From an uncultured delta proteobacterium (GTDB taxonomy: Bacteria; Desulfobacterota; Deferrimicrobia; Deferrimicrobiales; Deferrimicrobiaceae), in contig CAVXEY010000007.1 of NCBI GenBank assembly GCA_963760885.1, forward strand, positions 136,883 through 200,882: 64,000 nt of DNA. Direction: 5' to 3'. The position numbers and the translations under genes are program-made. Positions 36,724 to 46,495 of this stretch are shown here, piece after piece (position 1 is the first letter of the stretch; the number at the start of each line of letters is the position of its first letter). The notes under the pieces were generated by a model. It was not told where the DNA came from, ran no database searches, and saw only the letters and a list, made by a program, of their open reading frames with translations.

Positions 36724-37176
36724 ATGCGCGCATGGAGCGATGATCGGGTCCAGCGGGTGATCGGGACGATCCTGCGGTGGGGAGTCGTATTGGCCGCGGC
36801 GATGGTCCTGGCGGGAGGGGCCATGTACTTCGGCAGCTGCGGGTCAACGATCCCCGATTACAAGGTGTTCCGCGGCGAACCGCCGGAGATGCGGGTGGTG
36901 ACCGGGATCGTGAGGGAAGCGGTTTCTCTGAACCCCCTGGGGTTGATCCAGTTCGGGCTCCTGTTGCTGATCGCAACCCCGTTGGCGAGGGTGGCCTTCT
37001 CCGTGGCCGCATTCGCCCTGCAAAGGGACCGCACCTATGTCGTGGTGACCCTGTGCGTCCTCGCGGTGGTTCTGCTTGGCCTGACGCGGGAGGGTTCGAA
37101 CACCGTCGTGCCGCCGGAAAGGTTTCGACCGATGTGCATCACTTCCGATGCGTCGTCGCGATCGTTCCATCCGTGA
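36724..37176 (+). CDS. DUF1634-like small membrane protein (usual partner of TauE/DUF81)
   Basis: Three TM helices and RWGVVLAAAMVLAGG. Adjacent to DUF81 as commonly observed. Confidence 0.65.
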   Translation: MRAWSDDRVQRVIGTILRWGVVLAAAMVLAGGAMYFGSCGSTIPDYKVFRGEPPEMRVVTGIVREAVSLNPLGLIQFGLLLLIATPLARVAFSVAAFALQRDRTYVVVTLCVLAVVLLGLTREGSNTVVPPERFRPMCITSDASSRSFHP

Positions 37177-37268
37177 AAAACGGGTCCCCGAAAGAATTCC
37201 GTCCTCCCATCGGGGGCGAGAGCGGACGCCTGTCTTCCAGGCCGGGTCCGGTTGCGACGGCAGGTCGT

Positions 37269-38033
37269 CTACACCCCGGGAATCTTCTCCGGGGAGCGGC
37301 CGAGGAAGCCGAGGATGCCGTACAGGAGCGTCAGCGGGTGGGGAGGGCACCCGGGGATGAACAGATCGACCGGCAAGACGGCACCGACGCCGTTTTCGAC
37401 CGCATAGGAGTCCCGGAAGATCCCGCCGCTTGCGGCGCATGCGCCGATCGCGATGACGATCCGGGGCTCCGCGATCGCCTCGTACGTCTTGACAAGGGCC
37501 ACCCGCATGTTCTTCGACACGGGGCCGGTTACCAGCAGCCCGTCCGCGTGCCGGGGGGATGCGACGAAGTCGATCCCGAACCGCTGCAGATCGAATACAG
37601 GGTTTCCGAGCGCCTGCGCTTCGAGGTCGCAGCCGTTGCAGCCGCCGGCGGACACTTCCCGCAGGTGAAGCGACCGGCCGAGGAGGGACCGGATGTCCTG
37701 GGAGGCCGTCAGGGGGGGAAATTCCTGCCCTCCAAGCACAAGGTGTTCCCGCTTGCCGCACGGGAGACGGGGATCCTGCGAGAACCGGATTCCCTCGCCG
37801 CCGCATGCTTCCTCGCACAGGCCGCAGAAGACGCACCGCCCGAGGTCGATCGTCCTCTTCTCCGGGTCGATCGCGTCCGTGGCGCACGCCTTCGCACACG
37901 TCGCGGCGACACCGAGGATCCGGAACGCCTCCCCGATCTCCGGCATTCCGCGGAACGGAGACGGGAGATCACCCGCCGGCAGGGCTACGGTTACGTTTCC
38001 CGCGCTCGTTCGCTTCATTATCGATTCCAGCAT
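37269..38033 (-). CDS. group-4-hydrogenase-type small subunit (NuoB/HycG-like) with an N-terminal ferredoxin-like (HycF/NuoI-like) extension
   Basis: CVFCGLCEEAC cluster motif, then GGCNGCDLE...IAIGACAASGG...PGCPPHP (proximal [4Fe-4S] ligands). GAGG RBS before the ATG at 38033. Confidence 0.75.
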   Translation of the reverse strand: MLESIMKRTSAGNVTVALPAGDLPSPFRGMPEIGEAFRILGVAATCAKACATDAIDPEKRTIDLGRCVFCGLCEEACGGEGIRFSQDPRLPCGKREHLVLGGQEFPPLTASQDIRSLLGRSLHLREVSAGGCNGCDLEAQALGNPVFDLQRFGIDFVASPRHADGLLVTGPVSKNMRVALVKTYEAIAEPRIVIAIGACAASGGIFRDSYAVENGVGAVLPVDLFIPGCPPHPLTLLYGILGFLGRSPEKIPGV

Positions 38034-38044
38034 GGAATACCTCG

Positions 38045-39580
38045 TTAAAGGTCCGTGCCCGCGTACGACAGGTTGAAGCTCTTGTTGCACACGGGGAAGT
38101 CGGAGATGACGTTTTTCTGGACGGCGAACGACAGGGCCGGCCAGTTACGGAACGACGGGTCGACGACCTTGTAGCGCGTGATCCGCCTCTCGCCGTCGAA
38201 GACGGCCGCATGGACGATCTCACCGCGCCACCCCTCTTCGATGGACACGGCCAGACAGCGGCCGGCGGCGGGGGCGACCCCTTCCGCCGCGATCGAGCCC
38301 GGGGGCATCTCCCCGGCGAGGATGCCGGAAAGCCACTCGAACGAGGCCCGCATCTCCATGACCCGGACTCTTGCGCGGGCCATCACGTCCCCGGCGTCGA
38401 GCAGTACCTTCGCCGGGGGCGAGTCCACATAGGCCGGGGAAGGGAAGTCCCGCCGCGCGTCGACGTCCCGGCCGGAGGCGCGGGCCGCCATGCCCACGAA
38501 TTGGAGCGTCTTCGCCGTGTGCGGGAAAAGACGCCCCGTTCCTTCCATCCGGGCTCCGACCGACGGGGCATCCAGCAGCATCGTCCCGACCCCTTCCACT
38601 TCGGATCGCAGGCGCCCCAGCTCCGCCATCAGGTCTTCCGGAGCGATCCCCGGGACGCGGGGGCCGATCCCTCCGATCCGGTTCAGCCCGCGCCCGTAAC
38701 GGTTTCCGGTGATCTTCAGAAGCAGGTTCAGCGCCGCGCCGCGGAGGCGCCCGAAGTGGGCCGCCCCGAACAGGTATCCGATGTCGGTCGAGAGCCCCCC
38801 GAGGTCCCCGCAATGGTTCGAGATCCGCTCGATCTCGAGCGAGACGGCGCGCCATCGTTCCGCGGAGCGGTTCGCGGGGTTCCCCGTGATCGCTTCGAGG
38901 AGGCGGGCGCACGCGGTCGCGTGCCCCACTGCGGTGTCCCCCGAGATCGATTCGGAAAGGAGGATCTTCCCCATCCCCGGATCGCCGGGCAGGAGGGTTT
39001 CGATCCCCTTGTGCTGGTATCCCAGACGGATCTCGAGGTTCTGGATCGTCTCTCCGGCGCAGGAAAAACGGAAGTGCCCCGGTTCGATGATCCCGGCGTG
39101 GACGGGCCCCACCGCCACCTCGTGGATTCCCTCGCCCCGCACAAGAAGGAACCGGTAGGCACGGCGCGGATCGGGCGCGGGCGCATCCGCGGAACGCAAT
39201 GGGAAGAACTTCTCCGGCCACGCTTCATGGAAGCGCAGGGGGTTGAGCTCGGGATGGCCTTCCGGAACCAGGCCGAAGAGGTCGTAGACTTCCCGCTCGA
39301 ACCAATGGGTTCCGGGGCAGACGTCGGTGAACGTCCGGAAGGAGCGCGGGGAGGTCTCCACGCAGGCGTGGACGAACCGGCCCGGTGCGGCCCCCCCGGC
39401 GACCGCGTGAAGAAGAAATCGTCCGGAAGATGGCTCCTCCGCGAACAACGCGAGGAGGCGGTCGCCGCCGGTGGATGTTTCACGGAGGAACGCGCGGAAC
39501 GCTTCCTCCTTCAGCGGGGAGGTGTTGCCGAGGTCGAACGTGCGGACACAGCGCATCGACTTGTCCCTTTCGCCGTTCAT
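38045..39580 (-). CDS. group-4-hydrogenase-like large subunit (NuoC+NuoD / HycE-like) lacking the NiFe cysteine ligands (Ehr-like)
   Basis: NuoC-like N-domain (EVYDLFGL...). NuoD-like GPVHAGIIEPGHFRF. The L1 position reads SISGDTAVGH instead of RxCGxCxxxH. The C-terminus reads DFPVCNKSF instead of DPCxxCxxR. Confidence 0.8.
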   Translation of the reverse strand: MNGERDKSMRCVRTFDLGNTSPLKEEAFRAFLRETSTGGDRLLALFAEEPSSGRFLLHAVAGGAAPGRFVHACVETSPRSFRTFTDVCPGTHWFEREVYDLFGLVPEGHPELNPLRFHEAWPEKFFPLRSADAPAPDPRRAYRFLLVRGEGIHEVAVGPVHAGIIEPGHFRFSCAGETIQNLEIRLGYQHKGIETLLPGDPGMGKILLSESISGDTAVGHATACARLLEAITGNPANRSAERWRAVSLEIERISNHCGDLGGLSTDIGYLFGAAHFGRLRGAALNLLLKITGNRYGRGLNRIGGIGPRVPGIAPEDLMAELGRLRSEVEGVGTMLLDAPSVGARMEGTGRLFPHTAKTLQFVGMAARASGRDVDARRDFPSPAYVDSPPAKVLLDAGDVMARARVRVMEMRASFEWLSGILAGEMPPGSIAAEGVAPAAGRCLAVSIEEGWRGEIVHAAVFDGERRITRYKVVDPSFRNWPALSFAVQKNVISDFPVCNKSFNLSYAGTDL

Positions 39581-40992
39581 GAGAACGCGACCACGGTGGA
39601 GAGCCGCTCCAGGGTCTTGTACAAGCCCGCGGGGACGTGGAGCCCCAGCCACAGGGAGGCAAGAAGCAGGACGCACGCCGGGAGGAGGCACCAAAGTTCC
39701 GGGCCGGCAAGTTTTCGCGGCACGCCTTCCCCGAAGACCATGCCGCTGCCGTACATGAGGAAGGATCCGAAAAGAATCGCGAGCAGGACGAGGTATGCGA
39801 GGGAAACGGCCAGGTGCCCGCCCGCGATCCCCCCGACGAGGATGCCGAACTCGCTCCAGAAGGCGCCGAACGGCGGGGATCCCGTGATCGCGAGGACCCC
39901 GCCGAACAGCAGGACGCCGCGCAGCGGAGACTCCCTCAGGATCCCGTGGATATGCCGGATCTTCTGCGTGCCGAACCGCAGGATGAGGTCTCCGGCGACG
40001 AGGAAGAGCAGGACCTTGGCCACGGAGTGGTTCAGCACGTGCAGCAGTGCTGCCGGTCGGGCGGCCCCGCCGAACCCGAGCCCGAGGACGACGATCCCCA
40101 TGTTCTCGATCGAGGAAAAGGCGAGCAACCGCTTGATGTCCCGCTGGACCGCCACGAGGAGCGCGGGAACCGCGATCGATAGAATCCCGAAGAGGATCAG
40201 CAGGGGCGAAGCGTACGCACCGGGGACCGCCGGGGCGACCCGCAGGATCGAGAGCAGGGCGCAGTTCAGCAAGACCCCCGACAGCATCGCGGAAGACGGC
40301 GCGGGAGCCTGGCTGTGCGCGTCCGGAAGCCACGTGTGCATCGGCGCGAGCCCCATCTTGGTACCGTACCCTACGAGAAAGAAGAGGAACGCCAGCCGCA
40401 GGAAGCGTGGGTCGAGCCGCTTCGCGGCAAGGGGAAGCGCCGTGTACGTCAGCGGGATGTCCCCGGCCGCCCGCGAGAGGAAGATGATCCCGAGGAAGGC
40501 CAGGGCGATCCCGACCGAGCAGATGAGCAGGTACTTCCAGGCGGCCTCCATTCCTCGGCGGTCCCCGTGCAGGTAGATGAGCGGGGCCGAGAAGAGCGTC
40601 GTGGCCTCTACGGCGACCCATTGCAGGGCGAGGTGGTGGGAGCAGACGACCACGACCATCGAGAGGACGAACAGGTTGGTCCACACGTGATACATCTGCA
40701 CCTTGGCCGGGCCGATGTGCCCTCCCTCGAGCTCCCGCCGGAAATACCCGTACGCGTACACGGAGCACAGGAAGTGAATGCCGGCGACGATCAGGAGGAA
40801 GTAGGATCCGAGCTCGTCGAGCCGCAGAAGTTCGCCCCACGCGGCGATGCGGGGGGACAGCCCCTGGATCACCGCGCCGGAAAGGAGCGCGGTCGCGCCG
40901 ACGACGGTTCCGAGGGCGGCCTGCCAAGGGGCGCGCGACAGAAGTGCCAGGATCACCCCGGTCAACGGGGCGAGGAGCAGCAGCGGGATCAT
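39577..40992 (-). CDS. antiporter-like membrane subunit (NuoN/NuoM/HyfF-like)
   Basis: 472 aa, about 14 TM helices. Conserved TKMGLAPMHTWLPDAH motif of the Mrp/NuoLMN family. Confidence 0.8.
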   Translation of the reverse strand: MIPLLLLAPLTGVILALLSRAPWQAALGTVVGATALLSGAVIQGLSPRIAAWGELLRLDELGSYFLLIVAGIHFLCSVYAYGYFRRELEGGHIGPAKVQMYHVWTNLFVLSMVVVVCSHHLALQWVAVEATTLFSAPLIYLHGDRRGMEAAWKYLLICSVGIALAFLGIIFLSRAAGDIPLTYTALPLAAKRLDPRFLRLAFLFFLVGYGTKMGLAPMHTWLPDAHSQAPAPSSAMLSGVLLNCALLSILRVAPAVPGAYASPLLILFGILSIAVPALLVAVQRDIKRLLAFSSIENMGIVVLGLGFGGAARPAALLHVLNHSVAKVLLFLVAGDLILRFGTQKIRHIHGILRESPLRGVLLFGGVLAITGSPPFGAFWSEFGILVGGIAGGHLAVSLAYLVLLAILFGSFLMYGSGMVFGEGVPRKLAGPELWCLLPACVLLLASLWLGLHVPAGLYKTLERLSTVVAFS

Positions 40993-40994
40993 CC

Positions 40995-41621
40995 CTAATC
41001 CTTCAACGTGTGGATTTTCCGGACGTCCATGTGCGTGAACGTCCGCTGGATCTTGAGCATCAGGATCCCCATCAGGAAGACTGCGACGAACAGGTCGAGG
41101 AAGATCCCCAGCTCGATCGGCAGCGTGAACTCGCTGCCCGACGCCGCGCCGAACAGGAAAATCCCGTTTTCGAGGACGACGAACCCGATCACCTGGGTGA
41201 CGGCCTTGACGCGCGTGGTCATCATGAGGAGGCCGGAAAAAAGGAGCGTGAGTCCCGCGGCGGCGCCGAGCTGGTCCTGGCCGGAAAGCCCGAACCGGTC
41301 GCAGGCGACGAAGGCGGAAAGGGCGAGCACCCCCGTAAGAAGGACGGAGGTCTTCGTCGATACGAGCGATTCCGTCTCCCGCTTGATCTCCAGGCGGGAA
41401 ACGGCGTGGGTGAGGATCGCCGGAATCGCCACACTCTTCACGGCGACGGTGGCGAGGCCCAGCGCCACGGCGCGCCACAAGGGCCGGGGCGACGCGAGGA
41501 AGGGGAGGAGGGCGAGCAGAACTCCTTGCGCGGCCAGTGACCGGATTGCGGTGGGGATGCGCTCCGTCATGGCCATGTGGAGGCCGAGGAGGAGAAGGAG
41601 AACGGTGACGGTGCCCATCAT
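40995..41621 (-). CDS. HyfE-like small membrane subunit of hydrogenase-4-type complexes
   Basis: 208 aa with 6 TM helices. Position and size match HyfE/NuoK-like subunits. Confidence 0.7.
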   Translation of the reverse strand: MMGTVTVLLLLLGLHMAMTERIPTAIRSLAAQGVLLALLPFLASPRPLWRAVALGLATVAVKSVAIPAILTHAVSRLEIKRETESLVSTKTSVLLTGVLALSAFVACDRFGLSGQDQLGAAAGLTLLFSGLLMMTTRVKAVTQVIGFVVLENGIFLFGAASGSEFTLPIELGIFLDLFVAVFLMGILMLKIQRTFTHMDVRKIHTLKD

Positions 41622-41631
41622 CTTTCCCCCC

Positions 41632-42534
41632 TCACCCCGCGAACCGGATGGCGAGCGCGATGGATGCCAGCACGGTGGCGACCAGCAGGTACGAGGCGGT
41701 CCGCGACAGCCGCATCCGCGCCAACCCCGCCTCCGTCGCGCCGATCAGCACCCCCGAAAGGACGACCTTCACGACGGCACCCGGGATCGCGAGAAACGTC
41801 GGCAGGGAGAACATCTCGGGGAAGAGGGTCCCGGAAACAAGGGCGGAAAAGAGGACCAGGCGAACGCCGGACGCCAGCTGGATCATCGCGAGATCGACCC
41901 CCGCGTGGTCCAGCACCATCGCTTCGTGGATCATCGTCAGTTCGAGGTGCGTGGCCGGGTCGTCCACCGGGATCCGCGCGTTTTCCGCCAGGAGCAGCAG
42001 GAACATCGTCCCGGCAAGAAGGATCACCTCCGGCCGCCAGAGCACCCTTCCCGGGGGAACGCCCGCGATCATCCCGCTCACCGTGTCCGCGCCCCCGAGG
42101 TACGCCAGGCCGCAGAACGAAAGGATCAGCGCCGGCTCCGCCATCGCCGAGATGGCCACTTCCCGGCTGGACCCCAGCCCTCCGAACGCGCTTCCCGTGT
42201 CCATCCCGGCAAGGGTCTGGAAGAACCGGGGCAGCGCCATCAGGTAGAGAAAGAGGACGAAGTGCATCGGGAGCGGAACGTCGCGGGACCATAAGGGGGT
42301 CGCCGCCGCGAGGACCAGCGAAGCGCCGAGGACGACCGGGGCGGACAGGTCGAACACCCACGATGCCGTCGTGCTGCGGACGATCCCCCTGCGGAACAGT
42401 TTCCAAAGGTCCAGGTATGGCTGGAACACCGGCGCTCCTTGCCGGCAGGAGAGGAACGCTTTGGTCTTCCGGACGACTCCGGCAAGGAGGGGTCCGAGAA
42501 GGACGAAGAGCCCGATGTGCGCGGCGAAGTACAT
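41632..42534 (-). CDS. NuoH/HycD/HyfC-like membrane subunit
   Basis: 300 aa with 8 TM helices. NuoH-family loop motifs (LVSGTLFPE...). Confidence 0.8.
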   Translation of the reverse strand: MYFAAHIGLFVLLGPLLAGVVRKTKAFLSCRQGAPVFQPYLDLWKLFRRGIVRSTTASWVFDLSAPVVLGASLVLAAATPLWSRDVPLPMHFVLFLYLMALPRFFQTLAGMDTGSAFGGLGSSREVAISAMAEPALILSFCGLAYLGGADTVSGMIAGVPPGRVLWRPEVILLAGTMFLLLLAENARIPVDDPATHLELTMIHEAMVLDHAGVDLAMIQLASGVRLVLFSALVSGTLFPEMFSLPTFLAIPGAVVKVVLSGVLIGATEAGLARMRLSRTASYLLVATVLASIALAIRFAG

Positions 42535-42549
42535 GAATGCGTCTCTCCC

Positions 42550-44541
42550 TTAATGGAAAAAAACCAGCAGAAGCACGATGGTACCCAGGATGTAGCCGAG
42601 ATACAGGTGGATGTACCCCGGGTGCAGGCGGCGCGCCTGGAACGCGGCCTGCACGAACAGGCGGTATACAGGGAGGTACAGGCCGTTTTCGAGGAGATCG
42701 TGGAAATGCGTCTCGTGCTCCACCTCGAGCAGGAACCTTCCGGAAAGCCGTTCCGTGCGGATGGTGTGCGGACGGAGGATCCCCTGAAAGACGTGCAGGA
42801 TCGGGTCGGCGAACGACGACGCGGTGTACTGCATCCGTGGGGTGGCGTTCGGGAAGCCACACCCCCACGTTTCCCCCGCGCGTTGGCCGTTCCGTCGAAG
42901 CAGAAACGTCCGGAGGAGCCACAGCACCCCGATCGCGGCCGCCAGCGCGATCGCCACGGTGAACGGTTTCCCGCCTGCCGCCGGGATCGCGACGCCCGCC
43001 GGCGCACCCGCCGACGAGAGGAAGGAGGTGATCTCCATGAGACGGTCCAGGACGAGGGAGGGGAAGACCCCGAGCCCGAGGCAGAAAAGGGCCAGCGTCC
43101 CCATCGGGAATTCCATCGCGACGGACGGGTCGCGGGCCGCGGACGCCTGGGGGCTGCGCGCGTTTCCGAGGAAGACCGTCCCCACGACCTTGACGAAGCA
43201 GACGACCGCCAACCCCCCGATCAGTGCGAGCCCCGCCATCGCGGCGAGGTAGACTCCTCCGATCCCCGCGCCCCGGGCGGCGGCCCACAGCCCCCGGTAG
43301 ATGGCGAACTCGCTCGCGAACCCGTTGAACGGGGGTACGGCCGAGATGGCGAGGGATCCCGCGAGGAACGCGATCCCTGTGACCGGCATCCCTCGCATCA
43401 ACCCGCCGAGTTTCTCGATGTTGCGGGTGTGCGCGCCCTGGAGGACCGCGCCGGCTCCCAGGAAAAGGAGCGCCTTGAACGTGGCGTGGTTCAGAACATG
43501 GAACAACCCCCCGACGAGGAGAAGTCGCGCGGCGTCGGGCCGGCCCGTGGCCTGGCACAGGGAGGCCGCCCCGACCCCGATCAGGATGATTCCGATGTTC
43601 TCGACGCTGTGGAAGGCGAGCAGCCGCTTCAGGTCGTGCTGGACGATCGCGTAGAGGACGCCGAAGACGCCGGAGAGCAGGCCCAGGGCGAGCAAGGTCG
43701 CCCCGAAGGAGGCGGGAGGAGCGGGGAGCAGGTAGAAGAGGAAGCGGACGATCCCGTAGATCCCCATCTTGATCATGACGCCGGACATGACGGCCGAAAC
43801 CGGCGATGGCGCCTCCGGATGGGCGTACGGCAACCAGATGTGGAACGGGAAGATCCCCGCCTTCGTGCCGAACCCCAGCAGGGCGAACCCGAACGTGGCG
43901 GCGAGGATCGCCGGGTCGGAGATGGGGACCGGTGCGAACCCGTTGAAGGAGAACGAGCCCGTCGTCTGCTCGAGGAAGAGGAACGCCAGGAGGATCCCGC
44001 CCGTCCCGATGTGCGTCGCGATCAGGTAGATAAGCCCCGCCTGCCGCGCCTCCCGCTTCTCGTGGTTGAGGACGACGAGGAAGTAGGAAGCGAGGCTCAT
44101 TCCCTCCCAGCCGAGGAGGAACGACAGCATGTCTCCGGCGGATACGACGAAGGCCATGGAGAGAAGGAGCAGATTCAGGAGCAGCGGCGCGGCCTGCCCC
44201 CTCCGGCGCGCGTCGAACTCCTTCATGTACCCGGCGGCGTACACGGAGACGAGGAACCCGATGAAGAAGATCAGCGCGAGGAAGAACGCGGAGAGCCCGT
44301 CGAGGAACAGCTCGGAGGCCACCCACGGCACGGGGGCCGGAAGCGGGATGCGCATCGGGGCTTCCCTCATCGAGGCGGCCAGCGTGACGGCCAGGCCGAG
44401 GAAGGAGGCGACGGCGCCCCCCCCGAATCCAACGACGCGCGAGCGTCGAGGGTCCCGGATCAGGAGCGCAAGGACGCCGGGGACGAGGAAGGCGGATGCG
44501 ACAACAAACGACAACGCCGAAGGCATCGTGGACGGCTCCAT
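42550..44541 (-). CDS. antiporter-like membrane subunit (NuoL/HyfB/HycC-like)
   Basis: 663 aa. TKAGIFPFHIWLPYAHPEAPSPVSAVMSG motif and long multi-TM layout of NuoL/HyfB. Confidence 0.8.
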   Translation of the reverse strand: MEPSTMPSALSFVVASAFLVPGVLALLIRDPRRSRVVGFGGGAVASFLGLAVTLAASMREAPMRIPLPAPVPWVASELFLDGLSAFFLALIFFIGFLVSVYAAGYMKEFDARRRGQAAPLLLNLLLLSMAFVVSAGDMLSFLLGWEGMSLASYFLVVLNHEKREARQAGLIYLIATHIGTGGILLAFLFLEQTTGSFSFNGFAPVPISDPAILAATFGFALLGFGTKAGIFPFHIWLPYAHPEAPSPVSAVMSGVMIKMGIYGIVRFLFYLLPAPPASFGATLLALGLLSGVFGVLYAIVQHDLKRLLAFHSVENIGIILIGVGAASLCQATGRPDAARLLLVGGLFHVLNHATFKALLFLGAGAVLQGAHTRNIEKLGGLMRGMPVTGIAFLAGSLAISAVPPFNGFASEFAIYRGLWAAARGAGIGGVYLAAMAGLALIGGLAVVCFVKVVGTVFLGNARSPQASAARDPSVAMEFPMGTLALFCLGLGVFPSLVLDRLMEITSFLSSAGAPAGVAIPAAGGKPFTVAIALAAAIGVLWLLRTFLLRRNGQRAGETWGCGFPNATPRMQYTASSFADPILHVFQGILRPHTIRTERLSGRFLLEVEHETHFHDLLENGLYLPVYRLFVQAAFQARRLHPGYIHLYLGYILGTIVLLLVFFH

Positions 44542-44613
44542 TTCATCGGATCGTTGGAGGTCGACGGGCCGGGCGCGTTGGAACGGAGGTCACGGTCCTA
44601 TCAGTGGGAGGAT

Positions 44614-44640
44614 GCTATAGGAAATCCAGGGGCAGGTCAA
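44614..44640 (-). promoter_or_regulatory. sigma70-like promoter candidate for the Ehr-like operon (TTGACC-15 nt-TATAGC)
   Basis: On the minus strand, -35 TTGACC overlaps the histidine-kinase stop codon. TATAGC lies 15 nt downstream. The spacer is short, so confidence is low. Confidence 0.3.
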
Positions 44641-46253
44641 CCGCTGTCCAGGACCTCGCGTACCTTCCGGGCGAAACTTTCCGCGGTGAACGGCTTCTGC
44701 AGAAAAGGGATCCCGTCCTCCAGGACACCATGACGGAGGATGGCGTCGTCGGTGTATCCCGACATGTACAGGGTCCGCAGGTCCGGGCGGTGGAGCCGGA
44801 TCCGCTCGCCGAGCTCCCTCCCGCTCATCTTCGGCATCTCGACGTCGGTCAGCAGCAGATGGATCTCCCCGCGATGGGCTTCGGAGAGCAGCAACGCCTC
44901 GCGGCCGCTCCCCGCCTCGAGCACCTTGTAGCCGTTCCCCGACAGGATCTCCCTCGCGAGCCGGCGTACCACCTCCTCGTCTTCCGCCAGAAGGACCGTC
45001 TCGGTCCCCGGGGAAGGGCGGGGAAGGTGCGGGCGATCCGCCCCCGGGGCGTCGTCTTCGGGGGCCTCTACCCGCGGCAGGTAGATGAGGAACGTCGACC
45101 CGTGTTCGGCGGCGCTGTTCACCCGGATGTGCCCGCCACTCTGCTGCACGATGCCGTAGACCGTGGCCAGGCCTAGGCCGGTCCCTTTTCCCCTCTCCTT
45201 CGTTGTGAAAAACGGCTCGAACAGGTGGGCCTGGGTCTCGTCGCTCATCCCCTGACCCGTGTCCAGCACGGAGAGGAGGACGTGCGGTCCCGGAACCACA
45301 TCGAGGTGGGCGGCCGCGTAGGAGGGGGAAAGATCCGCGTCGGCGGTCGCGATGGTGATGCGGCCCCCGTCGGGCATCGCGTCCCGGGCGTTGACCACCA
45401 GGTTCACGATCACGTGCTCGATCTGCCCCGGGTCGGCCTTCACCCGCGAGAGGGAAGGGGAGAGGTCGACCGACAGCTCGATGTCCTCGCCGATCAGGCG
45501 GCGCAGCATCGGTCCCATCTTCGTCACCACGGTGTTCAGGTCCAGAACCTCCGGCTGCAGGATCTGGCGGCGGCTGAAGGCGAGCAGCTGGCGCGTGAGC
45601 GCCGCGGCGCGGTCTCCCGCCTTCCGTATCTCCTCCACGTCCCGGCGAAGCGTCGAATAGTCGGGGAGTCGGTGGAGCAGAAGGTCGGAGTAGCCAGAGA
45701 TGGCGGTCAGCAGGTTGTTGAAGTCGTGGGCGACGCCCCCTGCAAGCCTGCCCACGGCCTCCATCTTCTGCGACTGGCGGAGCTGTTCCTCCACGATCGT
45801 CAGCCGTTCCCGTGTTTCTTCGGCCGCCTTCCGCTCGGTGACGTCCATCAGGATCGACATGATCCCGTAGATGGTCCCGTCCGGGCGTCGAAGAGGGGCG
45901 GTGGATACGCTGACGACGATCGGGGACCCGTCGGCCCGCCTCCGGTGCAGTTCGGGCTCGGTGAACACCTCCCCGAGGAGGGCGCGTCGGCGAAGCTCGA
46001 GGAACTCGGCCTGCTTCTCGGCCGGGACGAAGGGGAGGCGCATCCCGAGGGCCTCGTTCTCGGGCCACCCGAAGATCCGCTCGGCCGCCGGGTTCCACAT
46101 CGTGACGACGCCTTCGGGGTCGAACGTGACGATCGCGAGAGGGGACGCCTCGATGAGGGTGGCGAGGATCCGGGACGCCGCCGGGCGGTCGATCTCCTCC
46201 GCGTCGGGTAACGATATGGGTTGCTCCACGCTCATTGGGAATCGTTTCGGCAA
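44637..46253 (-). CDS. hybrid sensor histidine kinase (PAS - HisKA - HATPase - receiver)
   Basis: PAS ([13 protein letters not shown]). H-box [10 protein letters not shown]. HATPase N/G boxes ([16 protein letters not shown]). C-terminal REC with [12 protein letters not shown]. Confidence 0.8.
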   Translation of the reverse strand: MPKRFPMSVEQPISLPDAEEIDRPAASRILATLIEASPLAIVTFDPEGVVTMWNPAAERIFGWPENEALGMRLPFVPAEKQAEFLELRRRALLGEVFTEPELHRRRADGSPIVVSVSTAPLRRPDGTIYGIMSILMDVTERKAAEETRERLTIVEEQLRQSQKMEAVGRLAGGVAHDFNNLLTAISGYSDLLLHRLPDYSTLRRDVEEIRKAGDRAAALTRQLLAFSRRQILQPEVLDLNTVVTKMGPMLRRLIGEDIELSVDLSPSLSRVKADPGQIEHVIVNLVVNARDAMPDGGRITIATADADLSPSYAAAHLDVVPGPHVLLSVLDTGQGMSDETQAHLFEPFFTTKERGKGTGLGLATVYGIVQQSGGHIRVNSAAEHGSTFLIYLPRVEAPEDDAPGADRPHLPRPSPGTETVLLAEDEEVVRRLAREILSGNGYKVLEAGSGREALLLSEAHRGEIHLLLTDVEMPKMSGRELGERIRLHRPDLRTLYMSGYTDDAILRHGVLEDGIPFLQKPFTAESFARKVREVLDSG

Positions 46254-46495
46254 AACCTCCGGGAATCTTTAGCACCTCGAGAAGCGGACCGTTGGCAACG
46301 GTCGGGGGAACACTTCTGGCAGCGGGGGACACTCCTTGTCGTTTCGACGGGAAATCCAGGAGTGTCTCCCCTCATGGAGGAGCGTCCTCCGCCAGCCACG
46401 CAGATGGGAAGGAGCGTCCCATGACCACCGTTTGACTTGATTGTCCACCTGATGTCTCATGGGAGAAACGACTTCCCTCCACCGACGAGGTACCG

